The notes beneath the pieces were generated by a model. That model worked only from the letters and a program-made list of their open reading frames with translations, had not been told where the DNA came from and did not search any database. A stretch of DNA of 64,000 nucleotides from Octopus sinensis (lineage: Eukaryota): the NCBI RefSeq assembly GCF_006345805.1, contig NW_021836137.1:62001-126000 (forward strand). Reading direction: 5' to 3'. Below, in pieces: positions 1 through 11,600 of the stretch. How positions within the stretch are numbered: the stretch's first letter is position 1; every line of letters starts with the position of its first letter. The position numbers were made by a program, and so were the translations under genes.

Positions 1-481
1 TGACAAGTGATGTGAATGCGTGACAGTTACGCAATAAGAAGTGACATAAGCTGAGTGTGAATGACAGATGCTACAAATGAAAACTGGAAGAAAAAAAAGA
101 GAATGAAAGAGTTGAATATGAGGATGATGGGACTCTTTGAAGAAATGATGTAAGTTCAAGAAAAACGAAACTATACTGTATTGCTATTCAATGTGACAAA
201 TGCCAAGCCTACAAAAGTGTGACAAAATAGAGTGAATTACTTAAACGTTTCTAATCAATGGTGTCTTTTACTTTGTGTGTATGTATGTGTGTAGAGAGAG
301 GAGTAGGGAATATATAGACGACAATAAACATTATCTCTGCTAAAGCTAACTTCTAGAAAATTATCCATTTAGTATTGAGTCCTGTATAAGTAATAGATAA
401 TATCAGAAAGATGGGGGTAGATATGAAAATAGATAGTATTGGGAGGTATATCTAATTTGTTATTCTTTTCTTTTCCTTTAT

Positions 482-877
482 TCTTTTACTTGTTTCAGTC
501 ATTTGACTGCGGCCATGCTGGAGCACCGCCTTTAGTCGAGCAAATCGACCCCCGGGACTTATTCTTTGTAAGCCCAGTACTTATTCTATCGGTCTCTTTT
601 GCCGAACCGCTAAGTGACGGAGACGTAAACACACCAGCATCGGTTGTCAAGCAATGCTAGGGGGACAAACACAGACACACAAACATACACGCACATACAT
701 ATATATATATACATACATACGACGGACTTCTTTCAGTTTCCATCTACCAAATCCACTCACAAGGAATTGGTCGGCCCAGGGCTATAGCAGAAGACACTTG
801 CCCAAGATGCCACGCAGTGGGACTGAACCCGGAACCACGTGGTTGGTTAGCAAGCTACTTTCCACACAGCCACTCCT
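482..877 (-). mobile_element. Full-length tRNA-derived SINE (octopus OR/CORE-type family)
   Basis: Minus strand starts AGGAGTGGCTGTGTGG (A box)...GGTTCAGTCCC (B box), then CORE-like CTTGGGCAAGTG, an internal (TA/CA)n tract and a tail ending GACTGAAACAAGTAAAAGA. Near-identical copy at 23990-24402. Confidence 0.9.
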
Positions 878-1152
878 GTTATTATATAATTTTAGTAATA
901 TTTAATTCATATGTTTATTTTATTTTAATTATTGCATTATTTATTTATATAGTCTATTCAAGTTCTTTAGAAATAAAATCATGAGGTAGATTCAGGGTTG
1001 GGGGTTCAGTAGTTCACTGTACTAAATGTAAAATTACTTTGGTGCATACATATTACTCCTCGTTCATCATATATGTTTAGTAACATCTCTAGACTGTAGT
1101 AGTTTCATAAATTCAGTTATGCATAATAAACACATTTTATTCCCAATATTTT

Positions 1153-1311
1153 ACTACACTCGTGGAGTGGTTGGCGTTAAGAAGGGCATCCAGCTGTAGA
1201 AACACTGCCAGATCAGACTGGAGCCCGGTGCAGCCCCTGGCTTCCCAGACCCCGGTCGAACCGTCCAACCCATGCTAGCGCAGAAAACGGACGTTAAACG
1301 ATGATGATGAT
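1153..1311 (+). mobile_element. Detached 3' tail of RTE-type LINE / LINE-tailed SINE, ends in (GAT)n
   Basis: GGAGTGGTTGGCGTTAAGAAGGGCATCCAGCTGTAGAAAC...GGACGTTAAACGATGATGAT matches the 3' UTR that follows the RTE coding remnant at 33700-33851. Confidence 0.85.
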
Positions 1312-1676
1312 TATAGGAGTGGGCTCTATCTATAATACTCCAATTAGGGTGTACTCTCTTTTTCTAGATTTTAATTCCCATATATATTTACTTAAGCCTG
1401 TAGACTTACTTAAATTGGGATTTTTAAAGGTCTGGTAGTGCTGGAATATTCTTTTTTTTTAAATTTCATTAGCTGTTGATCCAATATAAGCCTTATTTAT
1501 AATTTTATTATTATTGTTCTTAGAGCTAACTATACATTTATAAATTACATTATCTATTTTACAATTATTAGAGAGCTTACATTTAGTCATATCATGACAT
1601 TAACATTTTTCTATATGTTGATTAAGTGTTCTATCACTATCAGTTATATTATGGCTAGAGCTATTATTTATTATGC

Positions 1677-1995
1677 TCATCATCATCATCATCATCATCG
1701 TTTAACGTTCGCTTTCCATGCTAGCATGGGTTGGACGGCTCAACTAGGGTCTGGGAAGCCCGAAGGCTGCACCAGGCCAGTCAGATCTGGCAGTGTTTCT
1801 ACAGCTGGATGCTCTTCCTAACACCAACCACTCCGTGAGTGTAGTGGGTGCTTTTTATGTGCCACTGATACAGGTGCCAGACGAGGCTGGCGAACGGCCA
1901 CGCTCGGATGGTGTGGTGTTTTTTATGTGCCACCGACACAGGTGCCAGACGAGGCTGGCGAATGGCCACACTCGGATGGTGTTTTTTTATGTACT
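1677..1995 (-). mobile_element. RTE-tail element with two internal ~62-68 bp modules
   Basis: (CAT)n then the reverse complement of the same tail. Internal repeat TTTTTATGTGCCAC..CAGGTGCCAGACGAGGCTGGCGAA.GGCCAC.CTCGGATGGTG occurs twice. Confidence 0.85.
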
Positions 1996-2231
1996 ACGGA
2001 CACAAAAAAAAAAAATGCTATTATAATAATAATTTAATTTCTTATTTTTTATAGAGGAAATGATATTGCCTACATTTCTCAATGTTGAGTATCCCACTCT
2101 TATGATTTAACTGGAAAACATATTTGAATAACTACTGTGCTCATTAAAAAAGGAGAAGTGTATGTATATATATATATGTATGTGTGTGTGTATGTGTGTG
2201 TGTGTGTGTATGTATGTATATATATATATGT

Positions 2232-2385
2232 GATGGGCTTCTTTTAGTTTCTGTCTACCAAATCCCCTTACAAGCTTTGGCTGGCCTGAGATTATAGTAA
2301 AAGACACTTGACCAAGGTGCCACATAGTGGGACTGAACCCAGAACCATGTGGTTGGGAAGCAAGCTTCTAGCCACACAGCCATAC
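2232..2385 (-). mobile_element. 5' half of OR/CORE-type SINE
   Basis: Homologous to 720-877 (CTACCAAATCC...GTGGGACTGAACCC...CCACACAGCC); abuts a TA/TG microsatellite. Confidence 0.85.
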
Positions 2386-2911
2386 TTGAACCTTGCACTA
2401 ACGATGAATTTTTGGAACTCTGCTGCGGGCTAATAGTTGGCTATTTTAGAAAATCATTCTTTTGCTCATACTTTGAATTTATATTTAATTAACCCAAAGC
2501 TTATTTAAAAAGTAATCAAAAGATATACAGCTAATGTCATGTAGAGTATAATTAAGATTGCATAAAATTTGTTTTCCTTTTTTCTCTTCATACAAATCAT
2601 ATTATACACGCATATATAGACACATAAATAGACACAGTGAATTAACTAATACACGCATACTTTATTTACTAGACATATTTTATTTGAGTTATGACCTAAT
2701 TAAATAATTTGTGTTGCAAAAGTAGCCGTAACAAATCCAATAAGTACTGACATTGTAAAGAACATACATGAATACCATTGATCAAGTCGAAAAGGATAAT
2801 TCATAAACATGTATAGTATCCTCTAAGTAAAAGGTGAAGAGTGTCGAAAATTTTTGACAAAAGCTTTGGTTAGTAATTCTTCTTTTCTTTTTTTAATATG
2901 GTGCAGATAAT

Positions 2912-3030
2912 TCATCATCATCATCATCATTTAATGCTTGTTTTCCATGTTAGCATGGGTTGGACAATATAATAGGATTGGCAAGGCTGAGAGGTGCACC
3001 AGGTTCCATGGTCTGTTTCAGCACAGTTTC
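2912..3030 (-). mobile_element. Partial RTE-tail element
   Basis: CATCATCATTTAATGCTTGTTTTCCATGTTAGCATGGGTTGGAC...GCACCAGGTTCCA. Confidence 0.7.
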
Positions 3031-3096
3031 TAAAATATCACTTACATTCACAAATATATATTTGCCCAAATTAAAATTGAGAACAAGAAGAATATA

Positions 3097-3326
3097 TTCT
3101 TTTATTCTTTTACTTATTTCAGTCATTTTACTGCGGCTGTGCTGGAGCACCACCTTGAAGGGGTTTTTTGTTGAACAAATCGACCCCAGGACTTATTTTT
3201 AAGCCTAATACTTATTCTATTGGTCTCTTTGCTGAACCATGAAGCTACGGGGATGTAAACACATCAACACCAGCTGTCAAGCGATGACAGCGGTCAAACA
3301 CAGACACAAACACAAAAAACATGTCC

Positions 3327-3369
<43 letters not shown>

Positions 3370-3535
3370 GACACATGCGACGGGCTTTCTTTCAGTTTCT
3401 GTCTACTAAATCCACTCACAAGGCTTTGGTTACCCCAAGGCTATAGTAGAAGACACTTGCCCAAAGTGCCACACTGTGGGATTGAAACCAGAATCAGGTG
3501 GCTGGGAAGCAAGCTTCTTACCACACAACCATGCC
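3097..3535 (-). mobile_element. Full-length OR/CORE-type SINE (older copy)
   Basis: Colinear with 482-877 but more diverged. Confidence 0.88.
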
Positions 3536-4856
3536 TTTTACTTTCTTTTTTTCCATTAAATTCATTTTACTTAGAAACTAAAATAAAATTAAATAGATAT
3601 GTGTGTGCATATGGAAGAAAAACTCACATCTACACTTAAAAAGTTGCATAAAGACTTGTTTATACACATGTGTATGTGTGTACACACACACGTATTTTAT
3701 CTAGTTTTGCCTATACTAACAAAAGAACGCAATACATAGAGCACAGTGCTCTTATCATAACTGAGAAGCAATATCAGTGACTCAAGGGGGTAAATATTTA
3801 ATGCAATCTCACATGTACTCACACAAAACTCTCAGCTCTTGAGCTACTGTTGTAGCATTTCTGCTATAATAAAATAACGTGAAGCTCTTGAAATTTTGAA
3901 ATAAATTAACATAAGAACACACAAAATATAAACATAAAACTGAAGAAAGCTATCCTACAGGTAAAATTCGATATATTTTGATTTAAAATATGTAGGAATG
4001 CATGTACATGCATGCATCCATGCATATAAGTGAACATACATAAATTAGAAAAGGTGTCCTAGCATTTATGAGTAAAATATATTGAAACCATTGATGAAAT
4101 AATATCCTTTAGTGGCTGCAAAAAGGAATATATTACAAATATTGATTCTTTTTATTGTCATATATATGAGCATATAAATGTTTAGACATAAATATACATA
4201 AAGGTGAATATATTACATTGATTTCATTTGTTGACAACACACAGTCATGCACAAATAAATATTTGTGTGCATTTATTTTCATATATGGTTACATATGAAT
4301 ACCTCTGTGCTTGCATGTGTGCATTTGTAAATGAAACTATCAATAAAGAGTTTTAAGTAGACACAGATCTATGCATTTAACATGTAACAAAACAGGGTGG
4401 GGAGTAAAAGGAAACGAAAAGAAAAAAAAAATCAAAATTTTCTGAATGATTCATACTGGTTTCATTACAGTTTAGCAAGGTTGTATCTATCAAGCAATCA
4501 CAAATATAAACATTCTTTTCATTCTCATTATTTTGACTCTTGTATACAACTTTACATCAGACAATCTCTGAATGTAAATGATCTAAGAGATACTAAGCAA
4601 AAATATTACTTCAATATATTTTAAATATTATTTCCCTATTAAAATCAACAACTAAATTAAATCTATGAAGAAATTAACAACAAAAATAAAACAAAAGACC
4701 TGAAATTTCAACAACAAGTGATAACAATAAACTTGAAGAGGTACTCATGAAGGAATTGAAAAATTATTGGTTGTTTTCATAACATTTCAGGTATTGACTC
4801 AATAATTAAATCCTTTCCAACCAAGAATCAAATCAGATAATAAAATCGATGCTAAC

Positions 4857-5045
4857 AATAATCCTTTCTACTTCAGGCGCAAAGGCCTGAAATTTTGGTG
4901 GGAGGGTTAGTTAATTACATCAACCCCCAGTGTTTAACAGGTAATTATTTCATCAACCTCAAAAGGATAAAAGGCAAAGTTGACCTCAGCAGTGTTTGAA
5001 CTCAGAACAATAAGCTGGAAGAAATGTTGCAATGCATTTAGTCCA
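4857..5045 (-). mobile_element. Second SINE family (central domain resembling the Meta-SINE domain)
   Basis: AAAGGATAAAAGGCAAAGTTGACCTCAGCAGTGTTTGAACTCAGAAC is the reverse complement of the core of 12835-13055. Confidence 0.7.
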
Positions 5046-5784
5046 CAGCATTTGGTCTGTTGTTGTAGTCCACTACAGTGCACCCATCTTGAAATGGACA
5101 CAAGCAGAAATTAACCAACTCAATCACACTACCTAAAAGACAATGTGCTCGTCAAAGTCTTGTGCAGAAAGAGTGCAAGCACAGACATGAAGAGGAAACC
5201 TAAAACGTTTACTGGCTACTGTGCCAGAAGTATGGATATGAAGTAACAGGTGCTTGGTACCAATATACACTAGAAAAGGTAATGGACAAAAAAGGGGAAG
5301 GTAAAAATTCTCTGGGACTTTGACTTTCAGACATACAAGATGTTAGAGCATCAAAGGCCAAATATAGTAACCTTTAGGAGGATCAAACAAGAGTGCTTTA
5401 TAATTGACATGGCAGTGTCAGGAGATCAACATACTATCATGAAAGAGAGAGAAAAGACTGATAAATATGTGGACCCGAGAATTAAGATCACCAAAATGTA
5501 GCAGGTACGAGAGTTAATCATAAAGGTTGTCTTTGTTGTCATTGGAGTATTAGGTTCAATACCACCCAACCTGAAGAAACAGCAGGAAATTTTAGAAATA
5601 CCCTACGATCTAGGTGTATTGCAAAAATCAGCAGTACTTGGAACTGCACACATATTGTGTAAAGTAGTGCCTGAGGACTTTGTTGTGACTTGACAGACAG
5701 TACAAACTCCAGAAAGACACAATATCCTCAGTCAACAACATCATGATATTGGATACTGTGTGACATCTTAAATAATAATAATAA
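5045..5784 (+). mobile_element. R4/Dong-like non-LTR retrotransposon remnant 1 (thumb fragment, RLE endonuclease, 3' UTR, (TAA)n tail)
   Basis: Manual translation gives HYSAPILKWTQAEI, then ILWDFDFQTYKMLEHQRPNIV..CFIIDMAV..EKTDKY..VVIGVLG..LQKSAVLGTAHIL (PD-(D/E)xK restriction-like endonuclease); contains stops. Confidence 0.85.
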
Positions 5785-6350
5785 GCTATGCCAACATTAT
5801 GGAATAACAAAAAAGATGGTGTAGGCACATGCCAGAAAAGGTCACAGAAAATGAGAAAGCAACTATACTCTGGGATATGCCAATACACACAGATAGAGAA
5901 ATTAGACCAACATGCCAAATATAGTTGTCAGAGATCACCAAGAAAAACAAATGCTTTCTAATTGATGTATCAATACCAACAGATGACAATGTTTCTCTAA
6001 AAGAAATGGAGAAATTTTCAAAATACAAAGATCTGGAAATAGAGGTAACTTGAATGTGTAGTCTAAAAACTGAAAAACTTCATATCATAGTTGGTGCATT
6101 AGGTATGATAAAAAATATTCAGACAAATACATAACAAAAACACCAGGACCAACAAGTATATATAATATACAAAAAATAGCACTACTAGGCACCACACACA
6201 TCCTATGTAAAGCACTTTAAATACAGTGAAATTAAGAGCATCAGAACAAACCACAGCACATAACCTAAGGCACACAGTGCCGCATTTGGTGGTGCAGTTA
6301 AAGTACGTGATAAAAATAGGACTACCAAATAATGATGATAATAATAATAA
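5785..6350 (+). mobile_element. R4/Dong-like remnant 2 (RLE domain, 3' UTR, TAA tail)
   Basis: LCQHYG..PEKVTENEKATILWDMPIHTDREI..CFLIDVSIPTDDNVSLKEMEKFSKYKDLEIE..IIVGALG..IQKIALLGTTHIL, with frameshifts. Confidence 0.88.
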
Positions 6351-6564
6351 AATGACAGAAGGAGATTGTAATAGAACGCCCAGTATAGCCCCTACAAAAA
6401 AGCTTGTCTCTTAGGGACAGCAAGGATTATCAGGAGGATTCTAAGCACTTGAAAAACTGCTGAAAATGTTTGGATATCTAAGGTTACAGGTAGTAACCAG
6501 CTAACCACATAATCCCTACCAGGAATAAGACCGAATCTGAGCCAAACCAAAATAATAACAATAA
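6351..6564 (+). mobile_element. R4/Dong-like remnant 3 (extreme C-terminus and 3' UTR)
   Basis: ACLLGTARIIRRILST* then a 3' UTR homologous to 7690-7805 and an AATAATAACAATAA tail. Confidence 0.8.
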
Positions 6565-6601
6565 TTATTATTATTATTATTATTATTACTATTATTATTA
6601 T

Positions 6602-7810
6602 AATGGTATGGATTGATTATAAGAAGGCATATGATATTGTACCCATTACTGTATCTTAGAAAGTCTTGAGTTGGTACAGGTATGTGAAGAAGAACTAGGA
6701 TACAGAGCCAACATCATGTGGACAATTTTTGGCAAGGGTTAATATCAAGAGAAGCATATTTCAAGGAGATAGCCAATCACCATAGCTGTTTGTGATTTGT
6801 ATGATACTGCTCACACAGCTACTATGGAAAGTGGTACCTTGAAAAATGGAGAATAATTCAATTATGGTTGATTTAAAGATCTTTGGGAAGACCAAATGCA
6901 AAATTAATGGTCTGATCTCAACAGTGCAGACATTCAGTAAGGATATTGGGATGGAATTTGAGATTGAAATGTGTGGCATAATACTACAAAAAGGCAAAGT
7001 AGTATTATCAGATTGTGTAGAACTACCCAACAGTGAGCAAATCAAGGATGTTGAGACTGATGGATATAAGTATCTAGCTATTTTGAAGTATGACAAAATC
7101 AAGGAGAGTGAAATAAAGGAAAGCTTTTGGTGAGAATATATCAGAAGAACCAAATTAATTATGGGGAGCAGACTCAATGGAATGAACAAGATCAGAGCAA
7201 TGAACACATCGGCTGTTTCCTTAATGCAATAAAGTTCAGGTGTCATTAGATGGACAAAGAATGAACTTGAGGAAATGGATAGCAAAACCAGTAAAGTGAT
7301 GACAGTTAACAAGGAACTGCACTCAAAAAGCGATATTGACAGACTTTATGTGCTTAGGAACAAAGGAGAAAGAGACCTCATAGGATGCAAGATCTGTGTT
7401 GCCAACTAGAAGAATAGCCTGGGATGAAACTCAAAGAGCAGAGTAAATTCTTGCTTGCTGCTGTTAGAAATAATAAAATGATACCTACCAAAAATGTGAT
7501 GCACTAGGAAAACATTTAAGAAACAAGATGAATAACAAAGAATGAACAATTGGAAAATGAAAACAATGCATGTGCAATACCTCAGAGAAATCAAAGGCAA
7601 ATAATAGACATGGTTGAAAGACACTGGAATAGAATTCTACAGAAAGTTTGCTTGTTAGGGACAGGAATGATTATTAGGAGGGTTTTAAGCACTTGAAAGG
7701 CTATTGAGCATTTGTGGACATCTATGGTTCCATGTAGTAACCCACTACTAACATAAATTCTATCAGAAATAACAAGAAACCTGAGTCAAATCAAAAGTAA
7801 TAATGATTAT
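6602..7810 (+). mobile_element. R4/Dong-like remnant 4 (reverse transcriptase, internally deleted, 3' end)
   Basis: MVWIDYKKAYDIVP, IFQGDSQSP, MVDLKIFG (decayed YMDDLK), FSKDIGMEFEIEMC, YKYLAIL, then LQKVCLLGTGMIIRRVLST*; multiple stops. Confidence 0.9.
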
Positions 7811-8707
7811 AAATCTTTCTAATAAAATAGCAGCAGTAAATAATTACACACAAAATCCAAAAGAACAGGAAGGTATCTAAAACACTTATATGTTTATGGA
7901 AGAGCTTTTGAAAATTTTTAATATGTTCTTCATTTACATTTCAGTCAAATGTCACAGTTGAATTAATAATGAATTTCAAAAACAAACAAAAAACTAATGA
8001 AAATTTTCCACTTCATGTGAGGACTCCTTTGGCACAACTTCCAATTCCTTATCAAATATTTCACAAGCACATGAGTGTAATTTCTCAATTGTGAGACTAG
8101 ACAAGATTTCTGATTGATTATTACATTCTGATTTAAGAGCTTTTGTTTTAATATTCTATAATCTAATCAACTGATACAATTTGAAACAAAATTCTTTTGC
8201 AACAATTTTTTTCAATGATAATAAAAATTAGGGATTTTAAGTTTTTGGAGAATAATAAAGTGATAATTCAAATATATCTACTAAGTTAAATGATAAACTT
8301 GCATACTGCAGAAGGAGGCTTATCAGATATTACAAATTTAATGGCTCAAAAGAAACACAGGACCTTGAAATAATAATAATATGACATCATAATGTTAACA
8401 TAAAGACTATGTGATTGAAAGTTTTGTGCTAATAAAATAATGAAAAAAGTAATCGACTTTTGTTATGCACAAGATAAAGAATGATAAGTAAATCTCATAC
8501 AAAAGTATGGTCAATAAAGAAATTGTTGCCTTTCGTAACCAGAGCTATCCATCACTGGGTAACCATTCTTATTAATGTTAAGAGTGGTGATGGAATCAGT
8601 GGAATTTAGATTTTATCTCAAGAGCACTAGAAGAGCAAAAAGAGGGTATGCTATGGCATATACTATATATACCACAGCATAGAAAAGCATAACAAATATG
8701 TTCTTAC

Positions 8708-8736
8708 CATAGACTTTTGATAACTTTTTGACTTAC
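8708..8736 (-). other. Candidate 29-nt microexon / recursive splice site
   Basis: Minus strand: TCTTTTTTTCTATATATTTCAG|GTAAGTCAAAAAGTTATCAAAAGTCTATG|GTAAGA. Confidence 0.3.
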
Positions 8737-9439
8737 CTGAAATATATAGAAAAAAAGATTGTCAATTAAACTTCACAAATTAGGAAAAAGCTTTTGACAT
8801 TTATATCACATGATCAAATTACACAAATATCATCATTAATATTTAATATCCATTCACATACAAGTTCATAAAATGTTTCCTTAGCCAATAACTTTGAACA
8901 TACAATTGTTGTAAGGATTATTCACTTGCAATAATCATCTTGCTGTTTTACTTCTTGGGAGTTAGAGAAGAAAAAAAAATTAGAATGCTTTGGTATAATG
9001 TTTCAGCCATTAAGCTATTAATTTATAATTAGTATATTTTAAATAAATAGAAACATATGATTTTAATTAATTCCCTTTCAGATGATATTGTTACTGTTTT
9101 TTTTTAATCATCATTTTTTTTCCTTTTTTAATAAAGTGATCTAATTTTAAAAGCAAATTTCTGAAACAAAAATGTATCAAATTCATTTGTATATTTTTAT
9201 TAAGTCCAAAAATAAATACTCGAAACATAATCCACCAATCCTATTTATAAGAAATTGAATACACTATTGTACAGTTTAATAAGTTAAATTCAAATGTACC
9301 TAATGAACATATGCAATGAATGAGTTTAGCAGATATGGTAGTAATTATTCCAATGAAGGAATATTAATATCTAACAGAAGCAAATTAAGTAACCTTTCAT
9401 TCTGATGGAAGATAGGCCAATTCAAAATATAATTTTAAC

Positions 9440-9781
9440 ATCTATATCTATGAAATTTACTCTGTGTGTGTGTGTGTTCCCTCTATGTATGGCCAAACCA
9501 CTAGATCATTCTGTACCAAATTTGACATGAGAGTTTTTCATTACTCAGGGAAGGTTCCAGGGAGGGGACAAAGTTTGACTTTTGCCTACATATGGCCCTT
9601 CTGAATTTTTTAGTGGTATACTATTGTTTCATTTTTATTCTTTCACTTTTGATGAGACTATAATATTGTTTCATTTTATTCTTTCACTCTATGTATTTCT
9701 TCTATGCACGGTCAAACTGCTGGATCAATCTGTACCAAATTTAGCATGAATATTTCACATTACTTGAGGAAGGTTCTAGTA
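9440..9781 (+). mobile_element. Decayed non-autonomous Helitron-like fragment with duplicated ~90-bp block
   Basis: TCTATATCTAT start, (TG)n, and AAACCACTAGATC..TGTACCAAATTT..CATGA..CATTACT..GGAAGGTTC at both ~9480 and ~9700. Confidence 0.5.
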
Positions 9782-10371
9782 TTAAATAAATCAAGGATAC
9801 CAGTATGTGACACAGAATATACTACAACATAAATAATATATATATATATAACACAATAGAACATACTTTAACATGTATGTAAAATATATGAATTTCAAAT
9901 GATCAAGGGAAAGCAGGAGGCAATAAATTTGAAATATAGAAAATATATGCACCAAGTGACAGAATATATAATTTGAAATTACTAATCCATAATATACATT
10001 TACACCTCAAGATAACTAAATGCCAATAAAACCAAATTCTGCTGCATCAGCATTGTTTACATTCCAAACTGTAAAATATTTCAGAAACTGGTGGCATAAA
10101 AAGAAAGAAGCAATATGAATGTCAGTAACCATTAGTTTTATTATGCAAAGCATTTTTAAAATGTTTATAGTTAAATTAGCACCTTACACCATAAGCCTAT
10201 GCAAGAACATTTCATTTGGTTATATTGTAAACTTCAGTTAATTAATGGGTAAGCGTCAAGTATATATTTTTTTTAATTTTTAAAATTTAGTGACTCATAT
10301 AAATAGTGGTTTTAGTTTGAAATAGGGATATGAATGGGAAGAGAATAACTGAATAATTAAAATTAATAACT

Positions 10372-11173
10372 TTAACCCTTTAGTATTTGAACCAGCCATA
10401 TCCAGCCCAAATATTCTACTTATTTTGTCTTCAAACCAGCTACTATACAATATCATTCTAAAAGTATACAATTACATCACAGAAATCTCAAACCTCCCAG
10501 ATTTTGAATTAATTAAAGCATGATAAATTCAGAACAATGTGAATAAATAATTATTACACACATGTGAGTGAGAATACTTTGAGATATTTTTGATATCTAA
10601 CATATGTCAGATACTGCGAGCGCTGCTTCTGATTGGTCAATCCATGGTGATGACCCGAGGTCACGGTCACGGCACTACTTTTGTCATTCATAAGTTACAA
10701 CTAAACTTCATTCATTACTTTCAGCAGGTAGAATGTAGCCATGTAATTAAACAAACATACTATCTTTTTTATACCAGATATCACTTAAAATCAGTTATCA
10801 GTCATTTCACCTGAAAACTTAGTGCTATAAAGTCGGACTATCTTCCTGCGGCATGACATCTTTTAGTTACACATTGTGACGTCACTGACGTGAAATCAAG
10901 CTGTATTCATGCGCGCTTCAACACGATGTGAAGAATTTCGTTATTGGGTTAATAAAATATGGTCGTTTATTCGTGTGTAATAGATAAAATACCAAACTCA
11001 TTCCCTATGGGTACCGTATTTATTACAACTCGTGGCTTGTAAACATATCTAACTCGCTTTCGCTCGTTAGATACGTTTACAAGCCACTCATTGTAATAAA
11101 TACGGTATCCATAGGGAACTCGTTTGGTAGTCTCTATGTATTACATTTGACAGAGTAATCTGAATTATAAAGG
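10372..11173 (+). mobile_element. TTAA-flanked MITE (piggyBac-like ends) split by a nested insertion
   Basis: Starts TTAACCCTTTAG. Segments 10372-10558 and 11146-11173 together match the reverse complement of the intact copy at 30139-30365. Confidence 0.75.
10559..11138. mobile_element. Non-autonomous element with subterminal 64-bp hairpin, flanked by TATTACA direct repeat (Crypton-like?)
   Basis: TATTACA at 10552-10558 and 11139-11145. Arms at 10990-11053 and 11066-11129. CpG-rich relative to flanks; no TIRs, no tail. Confidence 0.75.
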
Positions 11174-11229
11174 ACAAATCTCAAAAACAGAAAAAAAAAC
11201 ACAAGACAACTATCCCTATTACGATCATC

Positions 11230-11600
11230 ACTGTTCCCAACTATTTCACAATGGGGTTAAAACAACACTAACAGAAATTGGTAAGAGAATGATGGTGGTG
11301 ACACCATTAATAGATGACTATGCAATGGCTGAAAATATCACCAAAATATGTCCATGACTCACCTTTCCTGCAATACATCTCCACACACCTTTACTAGCGA
11401 ATGAACCATACTGTCTACAATGGACCATATTTTTTTTTTAATAACCTTTATCCACACTAAATCAGCAATTGAAATAAAGTTCTTCTCTAGATTTAATTCA
11501 CTAATACATCAAATAATTCACTCCATAAAATAAAAAAAAATTCTTGCTATCTTGACCATATTCTTCATCAGTTCTAAGTTTTGTCTTTCTTATATCAAAA
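11230..11600 (-). pseudogene. Highly decayed RTE reverse transcriptase remnant
   Basis: Minus-strand traces resembling LEKAFD..IW..EWLVR..GVHQGSVLSP in the expected order. Confidence 0.35.

Noticed and set aside
800-877. tRNA gene
   Set aside because: The A/B boxes belong to a SINE head; no complete cloverleaf.
6761-7312. 183-aa minus-strand ORF, the longest in the track
   Set aside because: Antisense shadow of the Dong-like RT remnant.
11355-11415. Strong minus-strand donor AAG|GTGAGT as an exon end
   Set aside because: Poor acceptor, and the region reads as a decayed RTE reverse transcriptase.
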